From: a virus | Lineage: Duplodnaviria; Caudoviricetes | IMG/VR virus record: IMGVR_UViG_3300033463_000049 | Span: 38,217 to 102,216 of that record | Reading direction: 5' to 3' (one strand) | DNA: 64,000 bases | In this document: positions 1 to 11,477 of the stretch, one piece after another | Numbering within the stretch: the first letter of the stretch is position 1 | Layout: each line of letters opens with the position of its first letter | Translations under genes and position numbers: made by a program | The notes under the pieces: generated by a model | Databases searched by the model: none | What the model was told of the DNA's origin: nothing | What the model saw: only the letters and a program-made list of their open reading frames with translations

Positions 1-180
1 GAAACTGAGTTTATTCTCGAAGAGGCTATTGCTAAGGGTGTAATTCGTAAGGATAAGACGCACTACTTCTATGGCTCAGACATGTTCGCAGATTCACTTG
101 AGGATGCAATTGCTTATTTGGATAGTAAGAAGAATCAGGATCTAAAGCTTTCGATTATTAACGAAACACAAAATAAATAA
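1..180 (+). CDS. 3' end of conserved crAss-like gene of the capsid module (partial)
   Basis: Open frame ETEFILEEAIAKGVIRKDKTHYFYGSD...INETQNK ending TAA at 178-180; lies just before the ring-protein genes. Confidence 0.7.
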   Translation, partial: ETEFILEEAIAKGVIRKDKTHYFYGSDMFADSLEDAIAYLDSKKNQDLKLSIINETQNK

Positions 181-197
181 TCTAAATCAATCTGCAT

Positions 198-3100
198 ATG
201 ACGCACAGAGACATATACATAAAATTTATGATCGGTTACGATAAAGCAAACGTTACTTCATCGTATCCTTCCTTGACGGAGTATGAAATAGCTACGTTCT
301 TGGATAAAGCATATCTTGCGCTCATTGCTCAAAAAGTGACCGGTAATAATTCGCGTCATATAGGGTTTGAACAAGACTTAAAACTAACCGAAGATTTAGG
401 TCCACTTGTTACTACAAAAAGAATAAACACCGATATAAACACCAGTCCGATACCATATGTAAGCAACGCACTGTCTTGTGGCAAACCAAACGACTGGTTG
501 TATTTTGTGTCCGGTGAAATGAAAAGAGGTTTGGGAGATTATGAAAAGACTTGGGACATGCAACTCATAACACACGATGTTGCATCCAAGTTCCAAACCA
601 CAGCATATAACATTCCCTGGATTAAACATCCGGTGTGTTATGAAGAAGGAAATCGCATCTATGTATTGTATGACAGTATACTACAATCTGCTAATGCCGG
701 TAGTAATCCGTCGCTGTCTTTGACATACATAAAGAAGCCGAAGAAGTTTATGGTCAACGACGAACCTGAGATTGTTATTCCAGGCGCACCTACCGTCACT
801 TCTGATTATGAAGACGGACAAAACGTTACGTTACACATAGGAGATACTTTTTAGATTGAGTATACAAACGGAAGTTATGGTTCAGTAATGGTGTTTCCTC
901 CTAGAATAATCAATACTGTGACTTCTGAAACATCGACTGGCGGAACCATTAATTGTACTGCTCAATATGTTGGAGAAGGTACTCTAACTCTTAAAAGTAC
1001 GGCGCACCCTACGTGGCAATACTCAGTAAACTTTACTGTAGTGCCGAACGAAGGGGTTACTGAAGAGTGGACAAAAAGTATAACTGGTCCGGATACAATA
1101 TAGGGCAGTGGTAGTGTTACAGCACGTTATTACGCCAATATGATTAGTAATTTGTACGGTTTCTACAATTGCGAATGGACGATTACTCCGATGAGCGGTC
1201 TAGGTGGACATTAGTTGAGTGATTATATATAGTATGGATCTGATGGAAATTAGTTGACAATAGACAGGTTGAGAAACTATACGTACGATATAACTGTGTT
1301 TATCAAAGCAGAACCTGTTGGAATTAGTGATCCTAGTAGAAAGCAGGCTGCTACTGTATCTAAGTACGTTAGAATAATTAACGAGGCGTATCAACCAGAA
1401 TAGGAACAGTGGTATATAAGTTTTAATCCGGATACGTATAATATTTCTCAAGATAATACTATACCACTAGAAGCACACATGGACAGTTCACTAGGCAATG
1501 AGGATGTTCCTGTGTTTAGTATTACAAGCGGTAATTAGTATGCTCGTATTACAAATCAACATGCCGGTACATATCAGCAGGAGGCTACGTTGGAAATATT
1601 ACCAGCGGCAGAGGGCGATGATTTCCCAATTACTATTACGGTGAGGGGAACTAATCATAGTGAGATTTCTGAAAATTATTATGTATACGTACAATATACA
1701 AACAACGAAACCCCCAATCCACCGACGCCCACTATTTGGCACTTTGGAGATTTACTTCCTGCAGGATTATATGGGTCTGGTAGTGAACCACAACCTAGTC
1801 AGTCTGCCACATTAACAACTGCTCCTACTGCAAAATCTTTAACATACAATGGTTCAGCACAATAGTTGGTAAATCCCGGTGTTGCATCTGGTGGTACGTT
1901 GATGTATCGAAGAGTATATCTCGGATCTTCAACAGCATGGAGTTCTGAAATTCCAACGTATACTAATGCGAACGTTCAATCTTAGATATATTACATGATA
2001 GTGGGAGACTCTAGTCATTCTGACGTAACCTTCCCAAATCCAATCAATGTTGAAATATCTCAAAAACAGCTTGGTGTAACGTGGAGCAATACGTCATTTA
2101 CATATGATGGCAACACGCACGTTCCAACTGCTACTCCGACCGGAGTTGTGGGTTCGGATTCAATATCGTTTGTAGTAAGCGGCGGAGCATCTTCTGCGGG
2201 TACGTATACTGCAACAATTGCTTATATGGAAGGTACTGGATATACCAATTATCTGCTTCCACAAAACAATACTTGCCAATTTACTATATCTAATTCAGGA
2301 TCAAGTTCTGAAGCGAGTGTGACAACTGCCCCGACCGCCAAATCACTTACTTATAACGGACAACCCCAAGACTTGTTGAATGCAGGAACAGCCTCTGGCG
2401 GAACACTGTATTATAGTTTAAACGGAACTGACACAACTCCAACTTGGTCTGCATCTATTCCGCAATAGACGAACGCTGGTACTTATAACGTATGGCACAA
2501 GGTGGTTGGTGATTCTTCACACACAGATAGTCCTGTATATGGACCAATGTAGGTAACTATCGGAAAGAAAGAAGTTACGTTGACGTGGAGCAATACTACT
2601 TTCTCATATGACGGAAGCTCACACGTACCGTCTGTATCGGTGAGCGGTGTAATAACAGGAGATTCTGTAAGTGTATCGGTAAGCGGCGATCAAACTAATG
2701 CTGGTACATATACAGCAACTGCTAGTATGACATCGCAGAATTATAAATTGCCTTCAAATTACACATGTCAGTTTACTATAACCGCACCTCAATTACAACT
2801 TAGCGAGTTCAATAGTCAGTCTCCTACTGGATATTATGTGATGAAATTCGACGCTTATGAAGTTCGCACCGATAATGGGCTTGGTATAAATATAGGGGCA
2901 CAGTATACTTATGTAAATATAATAGTTTATATTGATAGAGAAAACGGCGTTGTAAAATGTCCTTCTAATCATTACACCGGAAGTTGGAAATTACTTTCGC
3001 TTAATGAAACAACGCAGTCGATAGGATCTACTATCAACTCTACTCCAAGTGGTGGAAGTGGAGACGAGTATTGTACAGAAATGTGCGACATTGCGCGTAT

Positions 3101-3671
3101 TGTAATGTAGGATAAATACGGAATCAATCTAACGTACGATTCTAATTCTTTGGACAATAATGTAATTGTTTTCAACGATAGTGATCCACAAATCACACTT
3201 TCCGGATACATCGATAGAACTAGACAAATATCATTATCGTCGTTATCGGAATTTAACAACTCTTCTCCGTCCGGTTATTATATATTAAGAGGAGACGTTT
3301 AGGATATGGAGTATAGATCTGAAGGTTCTTACAATTCTTCCGAAACGGAATATCTAAACAATTGTTAGAACTGCGTAGTATATATAGATCGTGCAAATAG
3401 TTTAATAAAAACAGTTGCTGACAGAGACGTTTCTTACGGATACAACTATGCTTGTGACGAATCTACAAATATTGTCGATAGTACGTGTTATTTTGGACTA
3501 AGCGATTGGGGTAAAGGTAAATTATATTATATTGCAAGCGCTGCTTCCGAAGGATTATTGCGCAATTATAACTTGGATTATTAGTGGAGTACGCAAAATA
3601 GAAATGCGTATATTGACGTGAAAGGTGCCGCTCCTGTTATTTCTGGATACATTCGCGGAGTTCAATCTTAA
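198..3671 (+). CDS. Ring/neck protein N-terminal domain fused to ~970 aa of Ig-like/MBG-like adhesin repeats (code 15, ~1157 aa)
   Basis: Track ORFs 198, 888, 1590, 1995 and 2580 are in one frame separated by TAG; first TAA at 3669-3671. N-terminus is a clear paralog of the 3839 gene. Repeated TTAPTAKSLTYNG and TWSNTxFxYDG units. Confidence 0.85.
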
Positions 3672-3684
3672 AATATAATAGACT

Positions 3685-3831
3685 ATGAAAATTGATTTTA
3701 CAGATACAACACAATTTGAGTTGTCTGATTCTATGGCAGAGGAACTTGTGGATCTTGCAATATTGATGGCGTTGGAGAACGTAGAGTCTTAGAGAGTTAA
3801 AACTAAACAATCAACCTTAACATTAGCATAA
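3685..3831 (+). CDS. 48-aa ORF corresponding to the missing C-terminal helix of the ring protein
   Basis: MKIDFTDTTQFELSDSMAEELVDLAILMALENVES(TAG)RVKTKQSTLTLA matches the C-terminus of the 3839 product (FECNDSMAEELISLAITYALENVESNRL). Confidence 0.8.
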
Positions 3832-3838
3832 TAACGTT

Positions 3839-4756
3839 ATGATGTCACATAAAGATATATATACAAAGTTTATGATTGAATACGACAAGGCTAATGTTTT
3901 GTCATCATATCCATCGTTGACTGAATATGAAGTGGCTACGTTTTTAGATAAGGCATATAGCGCATTAATTGCGCAAAAGGTTACTGGTAACAATCCCCGT
4001 TTAATGGGCTTAGAAACGGATGTAAAGGTCATAGAAGACCTTTCTCCGTTGATTGTTACGGTAGAACTTCCGCTTTATCACAACCAACAAGCTGACGATA
4101 GTTCAGTAAACCTGTACTCTAAGAATATAATGTACGTAGATCTTCCAAAAGACGACACCGATGTAAATGCGTATGTGTCTACTGAATGGAATTTTGGCGA
4201 TACATTGCCTTCAAGATTAGGATCTGGTGGTGCAAGCTAGACGTATGCTGTTTCGCAATATGCAGAATATCTGTACTTTATATCGGCGGCTTTGAAAAGA
4301 ACAATGGATCAGACCCCAATGGATGGTCATTTAGAAAGGGCTTTGCCAATAAAGCTGGTGTCGCATCAAATGGCTAAGAGTTTTTTAAATAAAGCTTATA
4401 ACATGCCGTGGATAAAACAGCCGGTTGGATATATAGAATAGAACAAGTTGTATATTATATACGACCCTTCAGATAATTAGTTTAATAATTTAAGTTGGGT
4501 AAACGATACACTTTCTATAACCTATATAAAGAAGCCGAATCCTTTTGCAAAAGATCTGAGCAATACTTCAAAGTTTCCATCTAATGTCGGATATTATACG
4601 TTGTTTGATGCTACTACACCAAATGAATATTATATATTCGAATGTAATGATTCTATGGCGGAAGAATTAATATCGCTGGCCATTACATACGCACTTGAAA
4701 ACGTAGAATCCAATAGACTATCAACAAAACTTAACATGAGAGGATTAGAATCATGA
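3839..4756 (+). CDS. Tail ring/neck protein (code 15, 305 aa)
   Basis: Reads through 3 TAGs to TGA at 4754-4756; paralog of the 198 gene; crAss gene order. Confidence 0.85.
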
Positions 4757-5664
4757 ACATAAACGAAACGAGACAATTAGGTATTGAGTTTGAAAGACGA
4801 GTTCAAACTATGATTCCTGATAGAGAATACATTGACAAACTTGATACTGATACTATTTATTCTTTTTTAAACTAGTATCAAGATAAGTATGTTCATGAAA
4901 TCTACAGGAATCTCGATAAGGTTGAATCCGGGTCAACGTTGTCTGCGCACATAGAATCTGTTCTACAGTCATTGTAGCGTAGCGTTACAATCTCAACAGA
5001 TCAGACCGATATAAATGCAGATCAGTCGAAATGTATTGGCAACTATACTGGCAATTTTGACATATCTGACTCTAATTATATTGTAATAGATACAGCAAGA
5101 TCAGTTGTATTTAGACTGCCAAACGACTTCTATATGTATATCAGAAGTGTTTCTAACGTGAGTTCTACTTACGGATTTAGATCTAATACAACCAATGGAC
5201 AGAGCAGCAATGACCCTCTTCAGAAACTTCCTATAAGGATTATTCCGAATGAGTTGGTATCTCAATCGGACGTGTGGAGACTGTTAGAAACTCCTCATAA
5301 TAGTTTGAGGATTCTGAGGTATCCTGCTGCTGTATTGAGTGCTCCCGATAGTACCGGGACTACCAGCTATCCAACACTGACCTGTATATACGACCAGTAT
5401 ACTACAGTCGAGGGCATTAAAGTTTTATATTACAAACAGCCCAGACATTTTAGTATATTGACTAGCACTCCGTGCGAACTTCCATCAGACGCTTTTGATG
5501 ATTTAGTAACCGGTGCGGTTGATTTGTATATTCAATATGTGTCTAACAACAGACCTACTGATAGAAGCAGACAGCCGATCATTCCCGCTTCTGAAACATC
5601 TAAAGCTAAAGAAGAGGCACAGAGACAGCAAAGAAATCGTAGGAAACAACAAGATGAAGACTGA
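4753..5664 (+). CDS. Putative tail ring protein (code 15, 303 aa)
   Basis: ATGA overlap with the previous stop; in frame with track ORF 5134 via TAGs; C-terminal YYKQP...CELP..AFDDLVTGAV resembles ring-protein ends. Confidence 0.75.
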
Positions 5665-5666
5665 TT

Positions 5667-6362
5667 ATGAGATGCATTGACCTTATCGCAGCATTTGAGC
5701 TTGAGATAAATAAGCTTGACGATGCTCTACAAAAGCCGGTCACTGATGATTCTATATATTGGTTAAATCAAGCTATGATGAAGCTTGTGAAAGAAAGGTT
5801 TAACGGCAATTTGCCACACCGGACATCATACGAACAAAATGAAAAACGCACTAGAGATTTAGTCAATCTGCTACGTGAAGAGATACATGATTTCGCGGTG
5901 GACTACGAACCGGTACAACACAAGTCATATGATGAATACGAATACAATTATCCATCAGACATGATGTTTGTACTAAATGAAGATGTTGTAATATCAGATA
6001 CTCAAGGTGGTCACGAGATGGACACTTGTGTATTTGAATGCACAGCAGACAACTTCATGTATAGAATAAATAATAGTCTTACTGATTTCCATTATAGGTA
6101 TCATCGTGCAAGACCTCTGAGAGTTAGGACACAGACTGGTTTCAGACTCCTAACTGATACGAAATATAGAATTAAACAATATACTTTGGGCTACCTTAAA
6201 TTGCCCGAAGAAATAACCAATGAAAATCCTTTTAAAGAATATCAGGATTTTCCAGATTACATTTGGATGGAGATAATCAAGATTGCAGCTTAGATGTATG
6301 TAGAAAATCAGGCTGATCCTAGATATCGCACCATTACAAATGAAGTAAATACACAAGAGTAA
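5667..6362 (+). CDS. Putative tail ring protein (code 15, 231 aa)
   Basis: One TAG at 6291, then TAA at 6360-6362; LGYLKLP...WMEIIKIAAQMY ring-like motif. Confidence 0.75.
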
Positions 6363-6465
6363 ACATTCGTTTATTCTAAATTCAAATAATTTAAACGTGG
6401 AAACCCCAGCTAGTTAGGTCTAGACATTGAAATATAGGGGGAGTAGAATAAATTAATTTAAAAAT

Positions 6466-7578
6466 ATGATTACATACGTAAATTCAGTGTTTGTTAGCAA
6501 CGTTGATTCTAGCAACATTGTAACTATTTCTAGCAATTCTGACTTTGCTAGCGTTAGCAAGGGCAAGTTCGTGTTCCTCGATATCGATTCGAACACTTCA
6601 ATTAGTGCTACTACCACTCGCTTTAAGATTGGTATGGGTACCGGTAAGACCATTTCAAACGACAAGGGCTCTGTAGCCGAGATCAAGTGGTCTAACATCA
6701 TCAACGTTGACGACATCAAGGGTTGGACAGCAAGTTCTTATGCTGCTGACACCGAGGACGTTTGCTACATCAACCTCGCCGGTGCTACTGGCCTGATTGG
6801 TTCTGGTAAGACTTTGTCTCAGAAGGGCAAGCGCATCATCGTTCGTCTGACCTATAAGGATATGCCTCATCGCTATCGCAAGTGGACTGAGAGCTATGAG
6901 TATGTTACCGAGGACGGTGAGACCGTTGCTTCTATCGCTACCAACATCGCTAAGATGATTAACAAGGAAGCAAAGCGTGCTCGTGTCATCGCTACTGTAG
7001 GTGAGATTAACAGCACTTCAGCAAGCGCAACCGCTACTGTTGGTTCTGCTTATTTCCATGCAGACTCTAACTGGGACAATGTTTCTGCAAGCGCAAACAA
7101 CAACACGATTGTTCTTACTGCCATGACTTATGATGATGACAACTCTGTTGATTCTCTGAACTGGTACAACAAGGTTCGTTTCAATGCAAACATGTATTAC
7201 ACGGATCCTTCTGCCGAGGGTTGGGAGTCTATCAACAAGCACTTCATCACTGGCGCAACTATTACCAAGGTTCCCGGTAAGACCTATGAGGCTTCTGCTA
7301 AGCTCGTTCGCGATCGCGAGGCTCAGGCTATGGGTTACGACGGAATCCTGAACCGTGGTGAGGGTACATGGCCCATCATCAAGCCCGGTATGAATGTTGA
7401 TCTGACCAAGCACTACAATGTAGTTACGCTTGAGTTTGAGAACATGTATCGTACCGCTGACGACCTGTTCCGTAAGACCAAGCAGACGGTTGAGATTTAT
7501 ACCACTGCTGCTACTTCAGGCATTACGACTGAATTGGCTAAGCTTACGAGCGCAGTAGTTGACACCAACAAGGAATGA
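6466..7578 (+). CDS. Probable auxiliary capsid protein (370 aa)
   Basis: Strong high-expression codon bias (AAG/GAG/AAC/CGT), position after the ring genes as in crAss-like phages, followed by a terminator; no TAG. Confidence 0.7.
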   Translation: MITYVNSVFVSNVDSSNIVTISSNSDFASVSKGKFVFLDIDSNTSISATTTRFKIGMGTGKTISNDKGSVAEIKWSNIINVDDIKGWTASSYAADTEDVCYINLAGATGLIGSGKTLSQKGKRIIVRLTYKDMPHRYRKWTESYEYVTEDGETVASIATNIAKMINKEAKRARVIATVGEINSTSASATATVGSAYFHADSNWDNVSASANNNTIVLTAMTYDDDNSVDSLNWYNKVRFNANMYYTDPSAEGWESINKHFITGATITKVPGKTYEASAKLVRDREAQAMGYDGILNRGEGTWPIIKPGMNVDLTKHYNVVTLEFENMYRTADDLFRKTKQTVEIYTTAATSGITTELAKLTSAVVDTNKE

Positions 7579-7586
7579 TTTTAACT

Positions 7587-7627
7587 AAGCTGGGGTGGGC
7601 AACGCCCATCTCGGCTTTTTTATTTTA
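7587..7627 (+). terminator. Rho-independent terminator
   Basis: AAGCTGGGGTGGGC-AAC-GCCCATCTCGGCTT hairpin followed by a T-tract. Confidence 0.85.
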
Positions 7628-7632
7628 TCGCT

Positions 7633-8346
7633 ATGAAAGTAAGAATAGGAAATGACATTCGCCTGCAGGTTCAATTGAGCTTTGCAGGAGCACAGGAATC
7701 TGTTAATATTCTTTCTCTGAAAGCCGTTTTCATAAATAGAACACTTAAGGATGAGTTTTTGAAGGAGTATAAGAAGAAGAACAGATTCATACACAGATTT
7801 CCTATCGAACCTTTTTCTGACGAATTTCAGCCTACTGAGTACAACATTCATTCTACCGGCAATCCCAGATATAGAGCTTTCGTTATGAATCAATATAACG
7901 GCTTTGGTGTATACCCCGACTGGAAAAATGTAATGCCGTTTAAGAAGATGGATATTACAGAATACGTATCTAAGGTTTCGAGAACTCAAGATCCGAGTTC
8001 TGTAGTAGCTGTATTCCCAGCAAGTATTCAAAAGTATGCCGGTGAATACGACCTGATCGTAACCGCACAGGTATACGACGACGGTTATGAGGATAATGTT
8101 CGTACTGTAACAGTAGACTATAAAAATGTATTCGAACTTGTTTCTTCTAGTGAAGAAAGTGATGTCAACGATGCAGTACAGATTAGCATAAATAACATTT
8201 CCGAACCACCTTCTACACATGATTATTTCGTAATATCCGGTTCTTATGACAACAATGAGATACTGTTGAGGAGAAATGATAATGCTACAATTCATGTAGA
8301 CATAGATTCTGTGAGCGGGTGGTACGAACAACCCGAGGAGGATTAA
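7633..8346 (+). CDS. Hypothetical virion-associated protein (237 aa)
   Basis: Intact ORF in the structural operon; beta-rich; N-terminal RIGNDI. Confidence 0.7.
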   Translation: MKVRIGNDIRLQVQLSFAGAQESVNILSLKAVFINRTLKDEFLKEYKKKNRFIHRFPIEPFSDEFQPTEYNIHSTGNPRYRAFVMNQYNGFGVYPDWKNVMPFKKMDITEYVSKVSRTQDPSSVVAVFPASIQKYAGEYDLIVTAQVYDDGYEDNVRTVTVDYKNVFELVSSSEESDVNDAVQISINNISEPPSTHDYFVISGSYDNNEILLRRNDNATIHVDIDSVSGWYEQPEED

Positions 8347-8347
8347 T

Positions 8348-8863
8348 ATGCCGATAATAGCGTCAATAGGAAAGATGTTCCAAGGACTGTCGGCAGGCAC
8401 TCCATTGGGTAAAATGTTAATCGCCGCAGGAACTGCTATCACAGCCTTCTATTCTCCAATAGCAGCACTGTTAGTAGCGTGCTTCATCTTTACTACAGTA
8501 GACATGCTATATGGCATAAAGGTGGCATGCAAGCAGAAGAAAAAGATAGAGAGCAAGAAGAATTGGAAAGGTACGTTATCAAAACTCCTAGACGAGTTCG
8601 TAATACTGTCTCTGGCTAGATTACTGGAATGGGCTATATTGGATGACAGCGGTGTGTTTGTATTGACTGGCGGTGTAACTGTAATAATCAGTTTGACCGA
8701 ATTGTGGTCTATACTTGAAAACCTCAACACCCTCAACCCCGAAGGTCCGTGGAAAGCTTTGAGTAAATTCCTTAAGAAAAAAGGTGAAGATTATATAGGA
8801 ACTGAAATAGATTTAAACGATGACGATACTAACAATACTAAAGTGGATAGTAGCGAATCGTAA
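8348..8863 (+). CDS. Holin (phage holin 4-like)
   Basis: Three hydrophobic segments and the ELWSILENL motif; overlaps the downstream spanin-like gene. Confidence 0.8.
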   Translation: MPIIASIGKMFQGLSAGTPLGKMLIAAGTAITAFYSPIAALLVACFIFTTVDMLYGIKVACKQKKKIESKKNWKGTLSKLLDEFVILSLARLLEWAILDDSGVFVLTGGVTVIISLTELWSILENLNTLNPEGPWKALSKFLKKKGEDYIGTEIDLNDDDTNNTKVDSSES

Positions 8864-9482
8864 AAGCCTGTTTAAGGCCGTTTTAGGCCTCTCTGTTGGG
8901 CTTTTGTTTGGTTGGTGCGTAATGCTCAGCCACTAGAATAAAAAGCTGTCAGAAAGCCTGCAAATGGCTTAGAATAACATTGAGGCCTATTAGGGCTCCC
9001 TCGCGGGGTCTTAGTAGGCCAATAATGTTTTAAAGCTGGACGTCGAATCGCTACATCAATAGAATGATAAAGTTCTCCAACAGCTAGATAGTGTTAGGAA
9101 GGAACTTAAAATAAAACCAAAAGAAATACATACTGCAGCAACTCAAACGTAGATACTATACGTTAATGAGGGTAAGGGGGTATAGGGGGATCTTAGAGAG
9201 ATACTTAAAGATACTACCTATACTGATAGTATAAAATATAACGACTTAACTTCTGTCTACTATACTATAGGTGCTGATACAGTAAGTATGAGAATAGATG
9301 TAAAGAATACTTAGTATTTATATATATACAGCAAAAAGGAGTATAAGAATAAGAAAAGCTTTATAAAACGTATATTTACTTGGGATTTCAAGAAAGAGCG
9401 CAAGTATAAGTACGAAATAAAGAACACTAATGATTTGATTAAAACAGAAGATGTAAGAGTCATAGAATCAAACAAATTATAA
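8820..9482 (+). CDS. Spanin (Rz)-like lysis protein (code 15, 220 aa; absent from ORF track)
   Basis: N-terminal TM segment then coiled coil; 9 in-frame TAG; TAA at 9480-9482; overlaps the holin gene. Confidence 0.7.
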
Positions 9483-9483
9483 A

Positions 9484-10203
9484 ATGGCGAAGATTTCATT
9501 AAAGACAATAACCGATGATATTCTTCTCCTTGTAAGAAATAACTACATTAGTGAAAGTGAAGACCTCTCTAGAGCTTAGATTCACGCGTGGGTAAAGGCG
9601 TACAGACACAAGTTGTGGAAAGACGAAAAAGATCGCAGAAAGCAATTAGCTCTGATGAATAAGCTCGACTTTGATGAATTCATAGACAACGAGTATTTTC
9701 GTAAAGTTGAGACAGGTCCGATGGAACTTGAACCAGTAGAATCTGGTGACGAAGATGGTTAGACTTTCACAAAGCGTACAATAGACACGCTCGAAGATGT
9801 ATTTAACAACGACGACAATAGTATTCTTGCCATTCACGATGAAAATGGTGAGAATATTTAGTATATGAATCATGTGCGTCGCCATTACAACTATTGGAGA
9901 AGATATACGTTTGGAGAGATGACCGGATATTATAAAGATGACGGTCACGTCTATGTCCAAGGACTTGTTGACGAAGGTCAGCTTAAGTATATATACGTAC
10001 TGTGGATTAAGGAAATTGAAGATGACGATGAGGATGAAGATGATGAGGATGATGTACTGATTCCTGCATGGATGGTCCCAACTATCAAAGAACTCATAAT
10101 GAAGAATGAGCTTGCGTTTATGCTCAATAGACCTAGCGACGATAGCAACAACGCTACGTTGGCAAGCGTAAAGCCACACGGTCCACAAGACGATGAAGAA
10201 TAA
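9484..10203 (+). CDS. Putative tail ring protein (code 15, 239 aa)
   Basis: ATG 9484 in frame with track ORF 9865 via 3 TAG; DDILLLVRNNYISESEDLS and IPAWMVPTIKELI motifs; crAss gene order. Confidence 0.75.
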
Positions 10204-10636
10204 AAAATCTTATACATTCAGAGATATGTACCGTACAATGCCCATAGAGGTACCGTACAGCCGTTATAAGCGCATTTTAGACGAGATGTGTAAAGTTATT
10301 CTGGAACACATGTTAGAGCGCTCAGAAGGCTTTAAAATGCCTTACGGACTCGGCTTAATACAAATTGGAAAGTACAAACCAAAGTCTTATACACAAGACT
10401 CTCTGTCTGTAGACTATAAGTCTAGCAAAACTTACGGGAAGAGGATATACCACTTGAACGAACATTCAGATGGATATAAATTTAGGTTATACTGGTCTAA
10501 AATACCAAGGACGTTTCCGAATAGATACAAATATCAATTAAGCTTAGTAAGACAAAACAAGCGTAAGTTAGCTCAACTAATATTTAACAAACACGATTAT
10601 ATAGATATAGATGATATACAATTATACAAGGTGTGA
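10193..10636 (+). CDS. IHF/HU-like DNA-binding protein of the crAss tail module
   Basis: Basic protein with FKMPYGLGLIQI and YHLNEHSDGY; lies before the tail tubular and muzzle genes. Confidence 0.75.
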   Translation: MKNKKSYTFRDMYRTMPIEVPYSRYKRILDEMCKVILEHMLERSEGFKMPYGLGLIQIGKYKPKSYTQDSLSVDYKSSKTYGKRIYHLNEHSDGYKFRLYWSKIPRTFPNRYKYQLSLVRQNKRKLAQLIFNKHDYIDIDDIQLYKV

Positions 10637-11477
10637 ATCAGTCATCGCTAAAATCATGGCTGATTTAGATTCCACAGAAGTAAGATAGAGAACTTCTGAT
10701 ATAAAAGAATGGATTTTTGAGGCCGTGGAAAAGATTGGTGCTCCTATGCAGTATATCAGAAAAGAGTCTGGGACAGAGGACTGCCCGTTGTTGAAGATAG
10801 AAGACAACTAGGTTCCACTGCCTTCAGATTTAACTGTATTAGACGGTGCGGCTTACTCGGAATCACCAAAAGGCCCTTGGGTGCCAATGAAGACGACTAC
10901 AAGCTTATTTAGAGAGCCGTCTAGGCCACAAAAACCCAGCGGTGGACATGAGCCAATGAGACATAAAATGTTCACTACACAAGGCCAGTTTTACACAGTC
11001 AACCTTATGAAATATGCTGAGAAGCATCTAAAAACTGACGATCAACCTCAGTATTTCATTAAACCAGGTTGGTTGGTTACTAATAAACGAAAAGGATTTG
11101 TAAAACTGGCTTATAAAGCAATACCAGTAGACGAAAGAGGTTATCCACTTATTCCAGACCTCCCGTCCTACCAAGAAGCAATCTATTGGTACGTTGCAAT
11201 GAAGTTATCCTTCCCTAAGTGGATAAACGGTTCACTCGGAGGTAATTCTAAATACGCACAGAAGTATGCCGCAAACACCTACAGCTATATGTAGAACCAG
11301 TGGAACTTCTATCGTAATCAAGCTTATGCTGAAGCAATGATGCCAACTGCAGACGATATGGAAAATATAAAGAACGATTGGAATAAGTTAGTTCCAGATT
11401 GGGATGCTAGGGATACGTTCTTTAAAGATATAGGTACAGAACAAGATATTTATACTGATTACTATTATGGATATTAA
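10611..11477 (+). CDS. Tail tubular / ring protein (code 15, 288 aa)
   Basis: In frame with track ORF 10881; AYKAIPVDERGYPLIPD...YQEAIYWYV motif; TAA at 11475-11477. Confidence 0.8.

Noticed and set aside
3669-3685. Frameshift joining the long ring-adhesin to the 48-aa ORF
   Set aside because: The +1 frame has TAA at 3676-3678 before the ATG.
7585-8442. 285-aa minus-strand ORF
   Set aside because: Antisense shadow of 7633-8346 that runs into the terminator; implausible composition.
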